IMG/VR virus record: IMGVR_UViG_3300027759_000048
Reading direction: 5' to 3' (one strand)
Length of the DNA stretch: 64,000 nucleotides
From: a virus
This document shows, in pieces, positions 31,217-40,013 of the stretch. The notes beneath the pieces are model-generated. The model made no database searches, was not told the origin of the DNA, and saw only the letters and a list, made by a program, of their open reading frames with translations. Within the stretch, counting starts at the first letter, position 1. Each line of letters begins with the position of its first letter. The translations under genes and the position numbers were made by a program.

Positions 31217-31854
31217 CCATAAAGGCATCAGGTTCATCTTTGTCTATGAGCGAGATTAACGCTGAATTTGCTTTAGGTAACAATCTCAATTCTCATAGAG
31301 GCATCGGTTGGTACTTGGATAATGTTCAAAAAGGAACTTTTTCTTCTGGAGCTATATCTTTCAGCGACTTTTATTCTAAGAGAAAAACCACTCCAGTAAC
31401 CGCAGGAAGTGCAACGGTTTCTGCAAGTGGTAACTATACTGTTCCTCTATATGAAACACTAACGGTTACTGTATATGGTGGAAGAGGTGGACAATCCGGC
31501 ACACAAGATAGTGGTTGCGCTGGTTTACAGGGTTCTGGTAATGGCGGTACAGGAGGTGCAAGTAGTTTTGGAGCATTTGCTTCAGCGGCTGGAGGAGCTG
31601 GTGGTAGCGGAAATTTAGTTTCTGGATCTCAACCGTCTTCAGTAACAGTTTTCACCAATCCACTAAACGGTGGAACTGGACCAGCGACAGGTGCTGTTGT
31701 TGCTGTAACTTGTGGCGGTGGTGGCAGTGGGGGTAGCGGAGCCCCACAATATCGAACAGTACCTTCTGGTTGTAGCACCGTTTGTTCCCTTGTTAGTTAT
31801 GCAGCAGCGGGTGCTGCTGGAGCTACCGGATCCGTAGTTATAAGTTGGACTTAG
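31213..31854 (+). CDS. Gly-rich cap adhesin for the S74-type fibre
   Basis: SG..LSMSEINAEF...SGAISFSDFY N-terminus; ATGA overlap. Confidence 0.65.
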   Translation: MTIKASGSSLSMSEINAEFALGNNLNSHRGIGWYLDNVQKGTFSSGAISFSDFYSKRKTTPVTAGSATVSASGNYTVPLYETLTVTVYGGRGGQSGTQDSGCAGLQGSGNGGTGGASSFGAFASAAGGAGGSGNLVSGSQPSSVTVFTNPLNGGTGPATGAVVAVTCGGGGSGGSGAPQYRTVPSGCSTVCSLVSYAAAGAAGATGSVVISWT

Positions 31855-31858
31855 TATA

Positions 31859-33070
31859 ATGAACAAATATTTTTGTATGGCACCATTTAAAAGTTTAGAG
31901 ATTAGACCCGAAGGAAAATGCACAGCCTGTCCTATATTTCGTGAAGATGGAATAATTAGAAACAGTGATGCGACAAATAGTTATATCCAAAATTCCGATA
32001 TATCTACTATCTGGAATAGTCCATGGTTAAATGATCTTAGACAAAGATTTACTAATGAAGAGAAAAGACCTGAGTGTCAGCTATGTTGGGACAAAGAAGA
32101 TGCTGGTGTAGTTAGTTTGCGACAACAGTTTAACAATGATTATGATTTGAAAAAAGTTGAAGAGCCTGTTATAGATGAGTTGATGATAAGGTTTTCAAAC
32201 GAATGCAATTCTGCCTGTAGAGTTTGTTACTCTTGGTATAACAGTAGTCTCTGGGAAAAAGAGTTCTCAGAAACAGGAAGACACAACACCAAACACAAAG
32301 ATCATAATTCCTGGTTTGACAGAAGTAAAGTTAATAAGATTAATGAGAAGAATTGGGAAGACTGGAAAAAACATTTAGGTTCTGTCCAAAAACTATTCAT
32401 ATCAGGCGGAGAGCCTTTGATCATGAAAGAGAGCATTAAGGTTATAGACTATCTTGTGGAAAGCGGAAATAGTAAGAACATCAATCTAAGATTAGTCACA
32501 AACGGAACCGTCACTGACGAATTTCTGTTTGAAAAGTTGAATACGTTTAAAAGCGTAGACCTGAACTTCAGCATAGATGACATCGGTGAAAGATATGACT
32601 ACGAAAGATGGCCATGTAAATTTGATGCTGTTATGAAAAACTTAAAAGAGATTCATGATAGTAACAAATACTCCAACATTAACTTTTCGTTCAATACAGT
32701 TATAAGCGTTTTCAATATACTACATCTAAAAGACATACTGGAAAAGTTTAAAGAATTTCCTAAGTGGAATGTAAGTTTTGATTACATTTCTCAGTATCCT
32801 CAACATGTCAGCATAGCTAGTGTTCCTGAAAATTTAAAATTAGAAATCAAAAACTATTTGGATACTTTTGATTGGACTGATACCAATTGGAAGAAAGAAG
32901 ATTACGATTATAAATCTGGTATCATTGATTTTCTATCTGTTAATAAGAGCGACTTACAACTCAGCGAATACGTTGATCTCTTAGACAGTGGGCTCAAAAT
33001 TGACGACGAAAGACGACATCAAGATTGGAGAAAAACGTTTTCTAAACTAAATGATCTACTAGACATCTAG
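31859..33070 (+). CDS. Radical SAM protein with N-terminal twitch/SPASM-like Cys cluster
   Basis: CNSACRVC (CxxxCxxC), SGGEP, VTNG; N-terminal C..PF...C..C and CQLC. Confidence 0.85.
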   Translation: MNKYFCMAPFKSLEIRPEGKCTACPIFREDGIIRNSDATNSYIQNSDISTIWNSPWLNDLRQRFTNEEKRPECQLCWDKEDAGVVSLRQQFNNDYDLKKVEEPVIDELMIRFSNECNSACRVCYSWYNSSLWEKEFSETGRHNTKHKDHNSWFDRSKVNKINEKNWEDWKKHLGSVQKLFISGGEPLIMKESIKVIDYLVESGNSKNINLRLVTNGTVTDEFLFEKLNTFKSVDLNFSIDDIGERYDYERWPCKFDAVMKNLKEIHDSNKYSNINFSFNTVISVFNILHLKDILEKFKEFPKWNVSFDYISQYPQHVSIASVPENLKLEIKNYLDTFDWTDTNWKKEDYDYKSGIIDFLSVNKSDLQLSEYVDLLDSGLKIDDERRHQDWRKTFSKLNDLLDI

Positions 33071-33076
33071 AAAACT

Positions 33077-34171
33077 ATGTTTAGATTTTCGCAATTATCA
33101 TTGATAACTGTTGATATATCTAGTAGATGTCAGGCATCATGTCCTATGTGTCGTCGGAATATACATGGTGGATCTTTACATCCTGATCTGATACTGTCCG
33201 ATTGGTCTTTAGAAGATTTTAAAAGTATCATCAATGAAGATGTTTTGAATCAGATTACCTATTTCTCTTTTTGTGGCAATAGTGGAGATCCGGCAATCAA
33301 TAAAAACTTAGTAGATATGTGTCAGCATATAACAGACATAAATCCTAACGTTATAGTATCAATCAGCACCAATGGGAGTCTTCAAAAAGAAGATTGGTGG
33401 AAACGATTAGCAAAGGCATTGCCTCCAGTTCATACTGTTCTTTTTGGTATCGACGGTTTAGAGGATACACATCATCTTTATAGAATTGGAACCGACTACA
33501 ACAAAATTATAGATAATGCTAAAGCGTTCATATCTGCGGGCGGATTCGCCGTTTGGCAATTCATTAAATTTAAACATAACGAACATCAGTTTGAGGAGGC
33601 TCGAGGAAGAGCCAAAGAATTAGGATTTCGAAACTTTATAATAAAGGAATCATCTAGGTTTGATAGTGCAAAAGAGTTTAAGGTCGTTGATGATAAGAAT
33701 GACACTCTCTATTACTTAGAAGCACCTAGTAATAACAGTCTGTTTTATCCAACAGAAGACATGGTTCTAAACTACAAGCATTATGCTCAAATAGCAGACA
33801 TCCGATGTTCCGCAAAAGAGACGAAACAACTCTATATAGATTCTTTAAAGAAGATTCGACCCTGTTGTTTCTTTGATGGACTAAATCCTCTTACTGAAAA
33901 CGAATATATATATTCAGAAATGAGACAAGTTTCGGATCAGCAAAATCTAGATTTGATTGACAGTTTGGGAGAAGTGGATTGTTCTAAAAAGTCAATAAAG
34001 GATATCATTGACAGCGAAACGTGGCAGATTGACTGGAACAAGCACTGGTGTGGGAACAACAAACTATTAACCTGCGTTAGAAACTGTGGACAATGGAAGA
34101 AAGACGATCTGCCGGAAACCCTAGCACAGTGTTTTTACAATGAGGTGATAAGCGTCGATAGTTTTATATGA
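33077..34171 (+). CDS. Radical SAM protein with C-terminal twitch/SPASM-like Cys cluster
   Basis: CQASCPMC, CGNSGDP, STNG, IDG; C-terminal C...PCC...CVRNC. Confidence 0.85.
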   Translation: MFRFSQLSLITVDISSRCQASCPMCRRNIHGGSLHPDLILSDWSLEDFKSIINEDVLNQITYFSFCGNSGDPAINKNLVDMCQHITDINPNVIVSISTNGSLQKEDWWKRLAKALPPVHTVLFGIDGLEDTHHLYRIGTDYNKIIDNAKAFISAGGFAVWQFIKFKHNEHQFEEARGRAKELGFRNFIIKESSRFDSAKEFKVVDDKNDTLYYLEAPSNNSLFYPTEDMVLNYKHYAQIADIRCSAKETKQLYIDSLKKIRPCCFFDGLNPLTENEYIYSEMRQVSDQQNLDLIDSLGEVDCSKKSIKDIIDSETWQIDWNKHWCGNNKLLTCVRNCGQWKKDDLPETLAQCFYNEVISVDSFI

Positions 34172-34177
34172 AGGCTA

Positions 34178-34185
34178 TATAAATA
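34178..34185 (+). promoter_or_regulatory. T4-type late promoter TATAAATA
   Basis: Exact box upstream of gp13. Confidence 0.75.
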
Positions 34186-34210
34186 AGTAAACAACAAATA
34201 AGAGAGTCAG

Positions 34211-34960
34211 ATGTCGCTCAACAAACCTGCTAACAAAGAAGAACTAAAAGAGTTTTGCCTCCGTCAGCTCGGCCATCCGGTTGTTCAAATCAACGTGGAT
34301 GATGAGCAGGTCAATGACGCCGTAGAACTTGCCTTTGAGTATTGGAATGAATTCCACTTTAACGGTACCGAACGCACATACGTTAAGCATCAGGTTACTA
34401 ATACAGACAAGGCTAACAAATACATTACCGTTAGTGACAGTCTAATCGGCGCTACAAGAGTTTTTAGAGTTGGTCAAAACAAGATGGGTATGAATATGTT
34501 TGACCTTCGCTATCAGTTGCGTCTCAATGATCTTTGGGACTTATCATCCACATCATATGTCAATTACTCTCTCACAATGCAGCATCTAGCCACACTCGAT
34601 CTAGTGTTTACCGGTGAGCAGCCAATTCGTTTCAATCGCTTGACTGATAAGCTCTATGTTGATTGGGATTGGGAGAACGATATTCAAGCCGGTGAGTTTA
34701 TGGTCGTTGAAGGATTCGTTATTACTGATCCTGATACATATACACAGGTATGGAATGATCGTATGCTCAAGAAACTCACCACAGCATACATCAAGAAACA
34801 ATGGGGCACCAATATGTCCAAGTTCGACAAGATGCAATTGCCAGGCGGTGTCACTATGCGTGGTGTTGATATCTATAACGAAGCCGTCAATGACATTGAA
34901 AAGGTTGAACAAAACATTCGTGAGACATATGAAGCCCCTCCAGGATTCTTGGTAGGCTAA
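34211..34960 (+). CDS. gp13: Neck protein gp13
   Basis: CLRQLG.PV.QINVD.EQ; KKQWG.N.SKF...LPGGV. Confidence 0.92.
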   Translation: MSLNKPANKEELKEFCLRQLGHPVVQINVDDEQVNDAVELAFEYWNEFHFNGTERTYVKHQVTNTDKANKYITVSDSLIGATRVFRVGQNKMGMNMFDLRYQLRLNDLWDLSSTSYVNYSLTMQHLATLDLVFTGEQPIRFNRLTDKLYVDWDWENDIQAGEFMVVEGFVITDPDTYTQVWNDRMLKKLTTAYIKKQWGTNMSKFDKMQLPGGVTMRGVDIYNEAVNDIEKVEQNIRETYEAPPGFLVG

Positions 34961-35856
34961 TGGCTCTCAATCGATACTTTAACAACTTTCCTCAGCAAAA
35001 TCGTTTAAACAATGAGCATCGTCTTATGGAGGATGTTATTGTAGAGTCCATTGAGATCATGGGACATGGTGTATATTATATTCCTAGAGATTCCTACGAT
35101 AGTGGTGATATGATCTTTGGTGAGTATAAGAACTCAAAGTTTTCTAAAGCATATACAATGGAAGCCTATCTCGCTAACGTCGAAGGCTTTGAAGGCGATG
35201 GTGATTTCTTTAGTAAGTTTGGATTAGAGATTAGAGACACATCTAACTTTGTCATCTCTCGCCGATCATTTGTCAAAGGTCTTCCTACAACATTACGCAC
35301 CAGACCACAAGAAGGGGATCTAATCTACGTTCCTCTAATGCATCGTCTATTTGAGATCAAGTTCATCGAAAAGAAACTTATGTTCTATTCTCTCGGTAAC
35401 AGAGAGCCATACATCTATGAAATGCGCTGCGAACTATTCAGATTTAGTCAAGAAGAGATTGATACAGGTATTGAAGAGATTGATAAGATTGAACAAGATA
35501 ACGCATACACACAAAAACTAAATCTAGGTCTTACAGGCTTCAATAACTTCTTTGATAACGAGGTTGTCTATCAGAGTCCTGACGGAACATGGGCTAACAA
35601 TACAGCAAATGGTGAGATTAGAGATTGGTATAAAGCCAATGGCACAATGTTTGTTGTTGGTATTGGTGGTCAATTCTCATCAAATGGTGCTAATGGACTA
35701 TATGGTAATACCTCAGGTGCTCAATTTAATGTGTTATCAGTTGATGACGAAAGAAACGACTACGTTAAGTTTGATATCTTTAACAACGAAGACTTTGATA
35801 CTGGCGCTGATCTAATACTAGACTTGTCAGAAACTAATCCGTTTGGAACGCCATAA
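34960..35856 (+). CDS. gp14: Neck protein gp14
   Basis: ESI.I.G..VYYIPR, SKFGLEIRD, RPQEGDLIY. Confidence 0.92.
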   Translation: MALNRYFNNFPQQNRLNNEHRLMEDVIVESIEIMGHGVYYIPRDSYDSGDMIFGEYKNSKFSKAYTMEAYLANVEGFEGDGDFFSKFGLEIRDTSNFVISRRSFVKGLPTTLRTRPQEGDLIYVPLMHRLFEIKFIEKKLMFYSLGNREPYIYEMRCELFRFSQEEIDTGIEEIDKIEQDNAYTQKLNLGLTGFNNFFDNEVVYQSPDGTWANNTANGEIRDWYKANGTMFVVGIGGQFSSNGANGLYGNTSGAQFNVLSVDDERNDYVKFDIFNNEDFDTGADLILDLSETNPFGTP

Positions 35857-36860
35857 TGCTCGGTAATGCTCACTACTATCATCAGCTAACAAAGAAAGCA
35901 GTCATCCTCTTTGGAAGACTATTTGATGATATTAGTATCATTCGTAAGAATGAACAGACAGGAAAAGAAGTCAACCGCTTTCTTGTTCCGATCATCTATG
36001 CTCCTAAAGAGAAGATGGTTACCCGTGTCTTTTCCGATCCAGATTTGACTCGACAACTACAGGCATTGCTTCCACGCATGTCATTTGAGATTGCTGGTCT
36101 GACCTACGATGCTTCACGCAAGCAGAATAGCCTTTTAAAAGCGTCTAAACCGGTCACTGGCGGGTCAACTGCATCTTCAGCATATATGGGTGCTCCCTAC
36201 GATCTAAACTTTCAATTAAACGTTTATGCCAGAAACATCGACGACGGAACACAAATCGTTGAACAAATTCTTCCGTTCTTCAATCCTGACTTTACAGTAT
36301 CAGCCGCTATGGTTCCTGATCTAGGGTTCATCAAAGATATTCCGATAGTTCTCAATAATGTGACAAACAACATTGAATACGAAGGAAACTTTGACTCGGT
36401 GAGATATGTCTATTGGACACTAAACTTTACGATGAAACTACACTATTATGGTCCAATTACAACACCGAAGATTATTCGTACCGTTTATGCTAACATTCAT
36501 AATGATAACAATCTAAATCCTAGATTTATCACAAATATGCTTATTGGCAATGCTAATGGTACATTCAAGATAGAAGACACAGTTTTTCAAGGCGATAGTT
36601 ATAGAAACGCTACCGCACAGGGTATCGTTCTCAGTTTTAGAGAAGATAGTGGTCTATTGACTATCGGCGCTACTCAAGGCACATTCATAGTCAATACTAA
36701 TATTCACGCCGTCTCAACTAATGCTAACGGAAAGCTAGTTTCATTCTATGAACCACCGTCAAAGATGGTAGAGATCAAGATTGAACCTGATCCGATAAAC
36801 GCACAGATCGGCGACGATTACGGTTATACGACTACAATTACCGAATGGCCTGACGCATAA
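35856..36860 (+). CDS. gp15: Tail sheath stabilizer/completion protein gp15
   Basis: FG.LF.DI, VPI.YAPKEK, LPRMSFE, QIVEQILPFF.P. Confidence 0.92.
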   Translation: MLGNAHYYHQLTKKAVILFGRLFDDISIIRKNEQTGKEVNRFLVPIIYAPKEKMVTRVFSDPDLTRQLQALLPRMSFEIAGLTYDASRKQNSLLKASKPVTGGSTASSAYMGAPYDLNFQLNVYARNIDDGTQIVEQILPFFNPDFTVSAAMVPDLGFIKDIPIVLNNVTNNIEYEGNFDSVRYVYWTLNFTMKLHYYGPITTPKIIRTVYANIHNDNNLNPRFITNMLIGNANGTFKIEDTVFQGDSYRNATAQGIVLSFREDSGLLTIGATQGTFIVNTNIHAVSTNANGKLVSFYEPPSKMVEIKIEPDPINAQIGDDYGYTTTITEWPDA

Positions 36861-36888
36861 ATAGAAGAAAGAATTAGGATAAAGGCAA

Positions 36889-37818
36889 ATGGCACAGAAA
36901 ATTATTAATGTAGGAACAGTAGCAAATGACGGTACCGGCGATACAATTCGTGGTGCTTTCACTAACGTCAATGCTAACTTTACCGAAGTCTATGGTAATA
37001 TCTCTAGTTTATCGGTAATATTAGCTGGTGTGGATCTGAACCAAAACACAACAATTCAGGCATCATACAATGTTGCTAATGCTGCCTTTGCGTTTTCCAA
37101 TTCTGTCAATACACTAGCTTACAACATTGGCACAAGCGGCAATCTATTTGCTGTTAGTGTTGGTGCTTCTAGTAATGCTTATGCTGTCGTAGTTGGAGCG
37201 GCATCTAATTCATACGCCTCTTCTGTAGGTGCTGCTGGTAACAACTATGCCTCTATTCTTGCTGCTAACAATGCTGTTGGAGCTAACGGTTGGGCTAACG
37301 CTGTAGCAGTAACAACATATGGTTGGGCAAACTCAACATTTACCACATTATCAAATACAGCAATTGTTTATAATACAACAAACGCAGCATTCTCTAGAGC
37401 AAACACATCATTACAGAATACATCAGGTACACTTGGTGGTAACATTACTATTACAGGTACTGTTACATCAACAGCAGGTTTTTCTGATACACTAGGACCA
37501 GTTAGAGAAAGATTTCCAGTTAGTGCTGTTTCTAACTCAGCTATTGTGGTTCCACATTCTATTATTATTGCTAACAATCCAAATACTATCTTCATTAGCA
37601 TTCCAGATGATAATGTGTTTCTATCTCCTGCTAATATCGGTTCAGCAATCTATATCTATCAGTATGGTTCAGGTACAACAAAGATTATCGCTAATGACGC
37701 CGCTGTTACAGTCAATTCATCAAACAACTGGGCAAACCTTGCTGGACAATATCTAACAGCAACAGCGGTAAAGGTTTTAGCTAATACCTGGATACTAACA
37801 GGAGACTTGAGAGCGTAA
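36889..37818 (+). CDS. Fibre with gp9/gp10-type N-terminal attachment motif
   Basis: INVGTVANDGTGDTIRGAF..VNANF.EVY; heptad stalk; C-terminal ...WILTGDL docking domain. Confidence 0.65.
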   Translation: MAQKIINVGTVANDGTGDTIRGAFTNVNANFTEVYGNISSLSVILAGVDLNQNTTIQASYNVANAAFAFSNSVNTLAYNIGTSGNLFAVSVGASSNAYAVVVGAASNSYASSVGAAGNNYASILAANNAVGANGWANAVAVTTYGWANSTFTTLSNTAIVYNTTNAAFSRANTSLQNTSGTLGGNITITGTVTSTAGFSDTLGPVRERFPVSAVSNSAIVVPHSIIIANNPNTIFISIPDDNVFLSPANIGSAIYIYQYGSGTTKIIANDAAVTVNSSNNWANLAGQYLTATAVKVLANTWILTGDLRA

Positions 37819-37827
37819 GGATACATT

Positions 37828-38277
37828 ATGGGTGTTGAGAAAAATCTGTCAGATGCTTTGGGCATCGAACACTTGCCTGTTCCTAAAGAAGAGGTCAAGA
37901 GTGAAGTTATTGAATATGAACCAGTAAGCGATGAAGATGGAGATGAAGATTACCGACTAGTTCGTAATACTTTACGCAATCTCATTGAAAAGGGCAACGA
38001 TGCCCTTGAAGACATTTCTACTATCGCCAGACAGAATGAATCCGCACGAGGATTCGAGGTCGTTGCTAATCTTATCAAGACTGTTGGCGAAACGTCAAAA
38101 GATTTATACAATCTACAAAAGATGAAGCGTGATCTGAAAGAACCAGATCCAGCGGCTGATCCACGTAAGAAGAATGCCGAAAGCATTAACGTGGAGCAGG
38201 CGGTATTCGTAGGTTCAGCGGCAGAGTTATTATCTGCTATCAAGAAACAGAAAGAAGATGGCAAGGACTCCGTTTAG
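37828..38277 (+). CDS. gp16: Terminase small subunit gp16
   Basis: DY...R..L..LIEKG..AL...AR.FEV..., VFVGS.AEL. Confidence 0.9.
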   Translation: MGVEKNLSDALGIEHLPVPKEEVKSEVIEYEPVSDEDGDEDYRLVRNTLRNLIEKGNDALEDISTIARQNESARGFEVVANLIKTVGETSKDLYNLQKMKRDLKEPDPAADPRKKNAESINVEQAVFVGSAAELLSAIKKQKEDGKDSV

Positions 38278-39937
38278 TTATCAAAACAATCCGAATCTGC
38301 CTAATGAGCAGTATCGCCATTCGTTTACCCAAGCAGAACTTGATGAATATATCAAGTGTGCTGACGATCCCGTTTACTTTGCCAAGACTTACATCAAAAT
38401 CATCAACGTCGATAAAGGTCTCATACCATTTGCTATGTGGGACTTTCAGGAACGTATGTTACAGACGTTCCATGATAATCGTTTCTCTATCTGTAAGCTA
38501 CCACGACAGGTTGGTAAGTCAACTACAAGTGTGGCATATATTCTTCATCAGGTTCTATTCAACGAAAACTTTGTTGTCGCTATTCTAGCTAACCGTGCTC
38601 CAACTGCCCGTGAGTTGTTACAGAAACTTAAACTTGCTTTTGAGTATCTACCTATGTTCTTGAAGCAAGGCATCAAAGAATGGAACAAAGGTTCTATCTA
38701 TCTTGCTAACGGTTCAAGAGTTCTAGCTGACTCAACATCAGGCTCCTCAGTTCGTGGTTTCTCATTTAACATAATCTTTCTTGATGAGTTTGCGTTCGTT
38801 CCAAACAACATTGCTGAAGAGTTCTTTAATTCAACTTATCCTACTATTTCATCTGGTAAAACATCTAAGGTCGTTATCGTTTCTACACCAAATGGAATGA
38901 ATCTTTTCTACAAGATGTGGCAGAAAGCTATTGACAAGACTAGCACATATCAGCCTATTGAGATCCACTGGTCAATGGTGCCGGGCAGAGATGAAGCATG
39001 GGCGGCAGAAACTATACGAAACACTAGCCAACGTCAGTTTGACCAAGAGTTTGGTTGTGAGTTCTTAGGTTCATCTAACACACTAATCAGTGGTGCCAAA
39101 CTTGCTTCACTACACTGGAAAGAACCAATCACTCGTATGGAGTGTATGGATATCTTTGAGCAACCAGAACACAAACACACATATGTATTGTGTGCCGATG
39201 TTGCTGAAGGGCAGGGACTAGATTACTCCACATTCTCTATCTTTGACGTTACACAAATCCCATATCGCCAGGTAGCTAAATATAGAAATAACGAAATTAG
39301 CCCGATGCTTCTACCGGCAGTTATCTACTCAGCGGCAAGAAAGTATAATGACGCTTTCGTTCTTATCGAAATCAATTCTATTGGTCTACAGGTCGCAGAC
39401 ATTCTACACTATGAACTGGCATATGAAAATCTGCTAAAGTTTCAGTTAAAGGGTAAACAGGGTATGCAGGCCTCAGGTGGGTTTGCTGCTGGTAAGAATA
39501 AACTAGCATTTGGTCTCAAAATCACAGCCCAGTCAAAGATGATTGGTTGTGCTAACCTCAAGACGCTAGTTGAGAGTGATAAACTAATACTTAACGATGA
39601 GGATACAATTACAGAGCTATATTCCTTCTCATCAACAAAGAAGACCTTTGCGGCAGAAGAAGGAGCAAACGATGACCTAGCTATGACGCTGGTTCATTTT
39701 GGCTGGTTAACAGCCCAGAAATTGTTCAAAGAAACCGTTTCTAATGACATACGTTATGTTCTACAGAAAGAAATTGCTTATCTTGAAGATGTAGAAAATG
39801 TGCCATTTGGTTTCATTGATAACGGATTAGATGAGGTTGTGGACGAGATAGATGCTAGTGGTGATCGATGGGTTCGTGAAAGAGAACAGCTATACCCGTT
39901 TGATGATCTTGGATATAAGTGGGACGGTCGGCTATAG
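38258..39937 (+). CDS. gp17: Terminase large subunit gp17
   Basis: RQVGKST Walker A, FLDEFAF Walker B, STPNG, DVAEG, DDLAM nuclease. Confidence 0.97.
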   Translation: MARTPFSYQNNPNLPNEQYRHSFTQAELDEYIKCADDPVYFAKTYIKIINVDKGLIPFAMWDFQERMLQTFHDNRFSICKLPRQVGKSTTSVAYILHQVLFNENFVVAILANRAPTARELLQKLKLAFEYLPMFLKQGIKEWNKGSIYLANGSRVLADSTSGSSVRGFSFNIIFLDEFAFVPNNIAEEFFNSTYPTISSGKTSKVVIVSTPNGMNLFYKMWQKAIDKTSTYQPIEIHWSMVPGRDEAWAAETIRNTSQRQFDQEFGCEFLGSSNTLISGAKLASLHWKEPITRMECMDIFEQPEHKHTYVLCADVAEGQGLDYSTFSIFDVTQIPYRQVAKYRNNEISPMLLPAVIYSAARKYNDAFVLIEINSIGLQVADILHYELAYENLLKFQLKGKQGMQASGGFAAGKNKLAFGLKITAQSKMIGCANLKTLVESDKLILNDEDTITELYSFSSTKKTFAAEEGANDDLAMTLVHFGWLTAQKLFKETVSNDIRYVLQKEIAYLEDVENVPFGFIDNGLDEVVDEIDASGDRWVREREQLYPFDDLGYKWDGRL

Positions 39938-40013
39938 TTCTGAAAAACACCAAAACGATAAATATTGGTTGAAATGGATTTTAACACCATTCCAACCTAC
40001 AAAGGAGTAAAAG

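Noticed and set aside
14441-31854. Diversity-generating retroelement acting on adhesin tips
   Set aside because: No reverse transcriptase and no TR/VR pair differing only at adenines was seen in this window.
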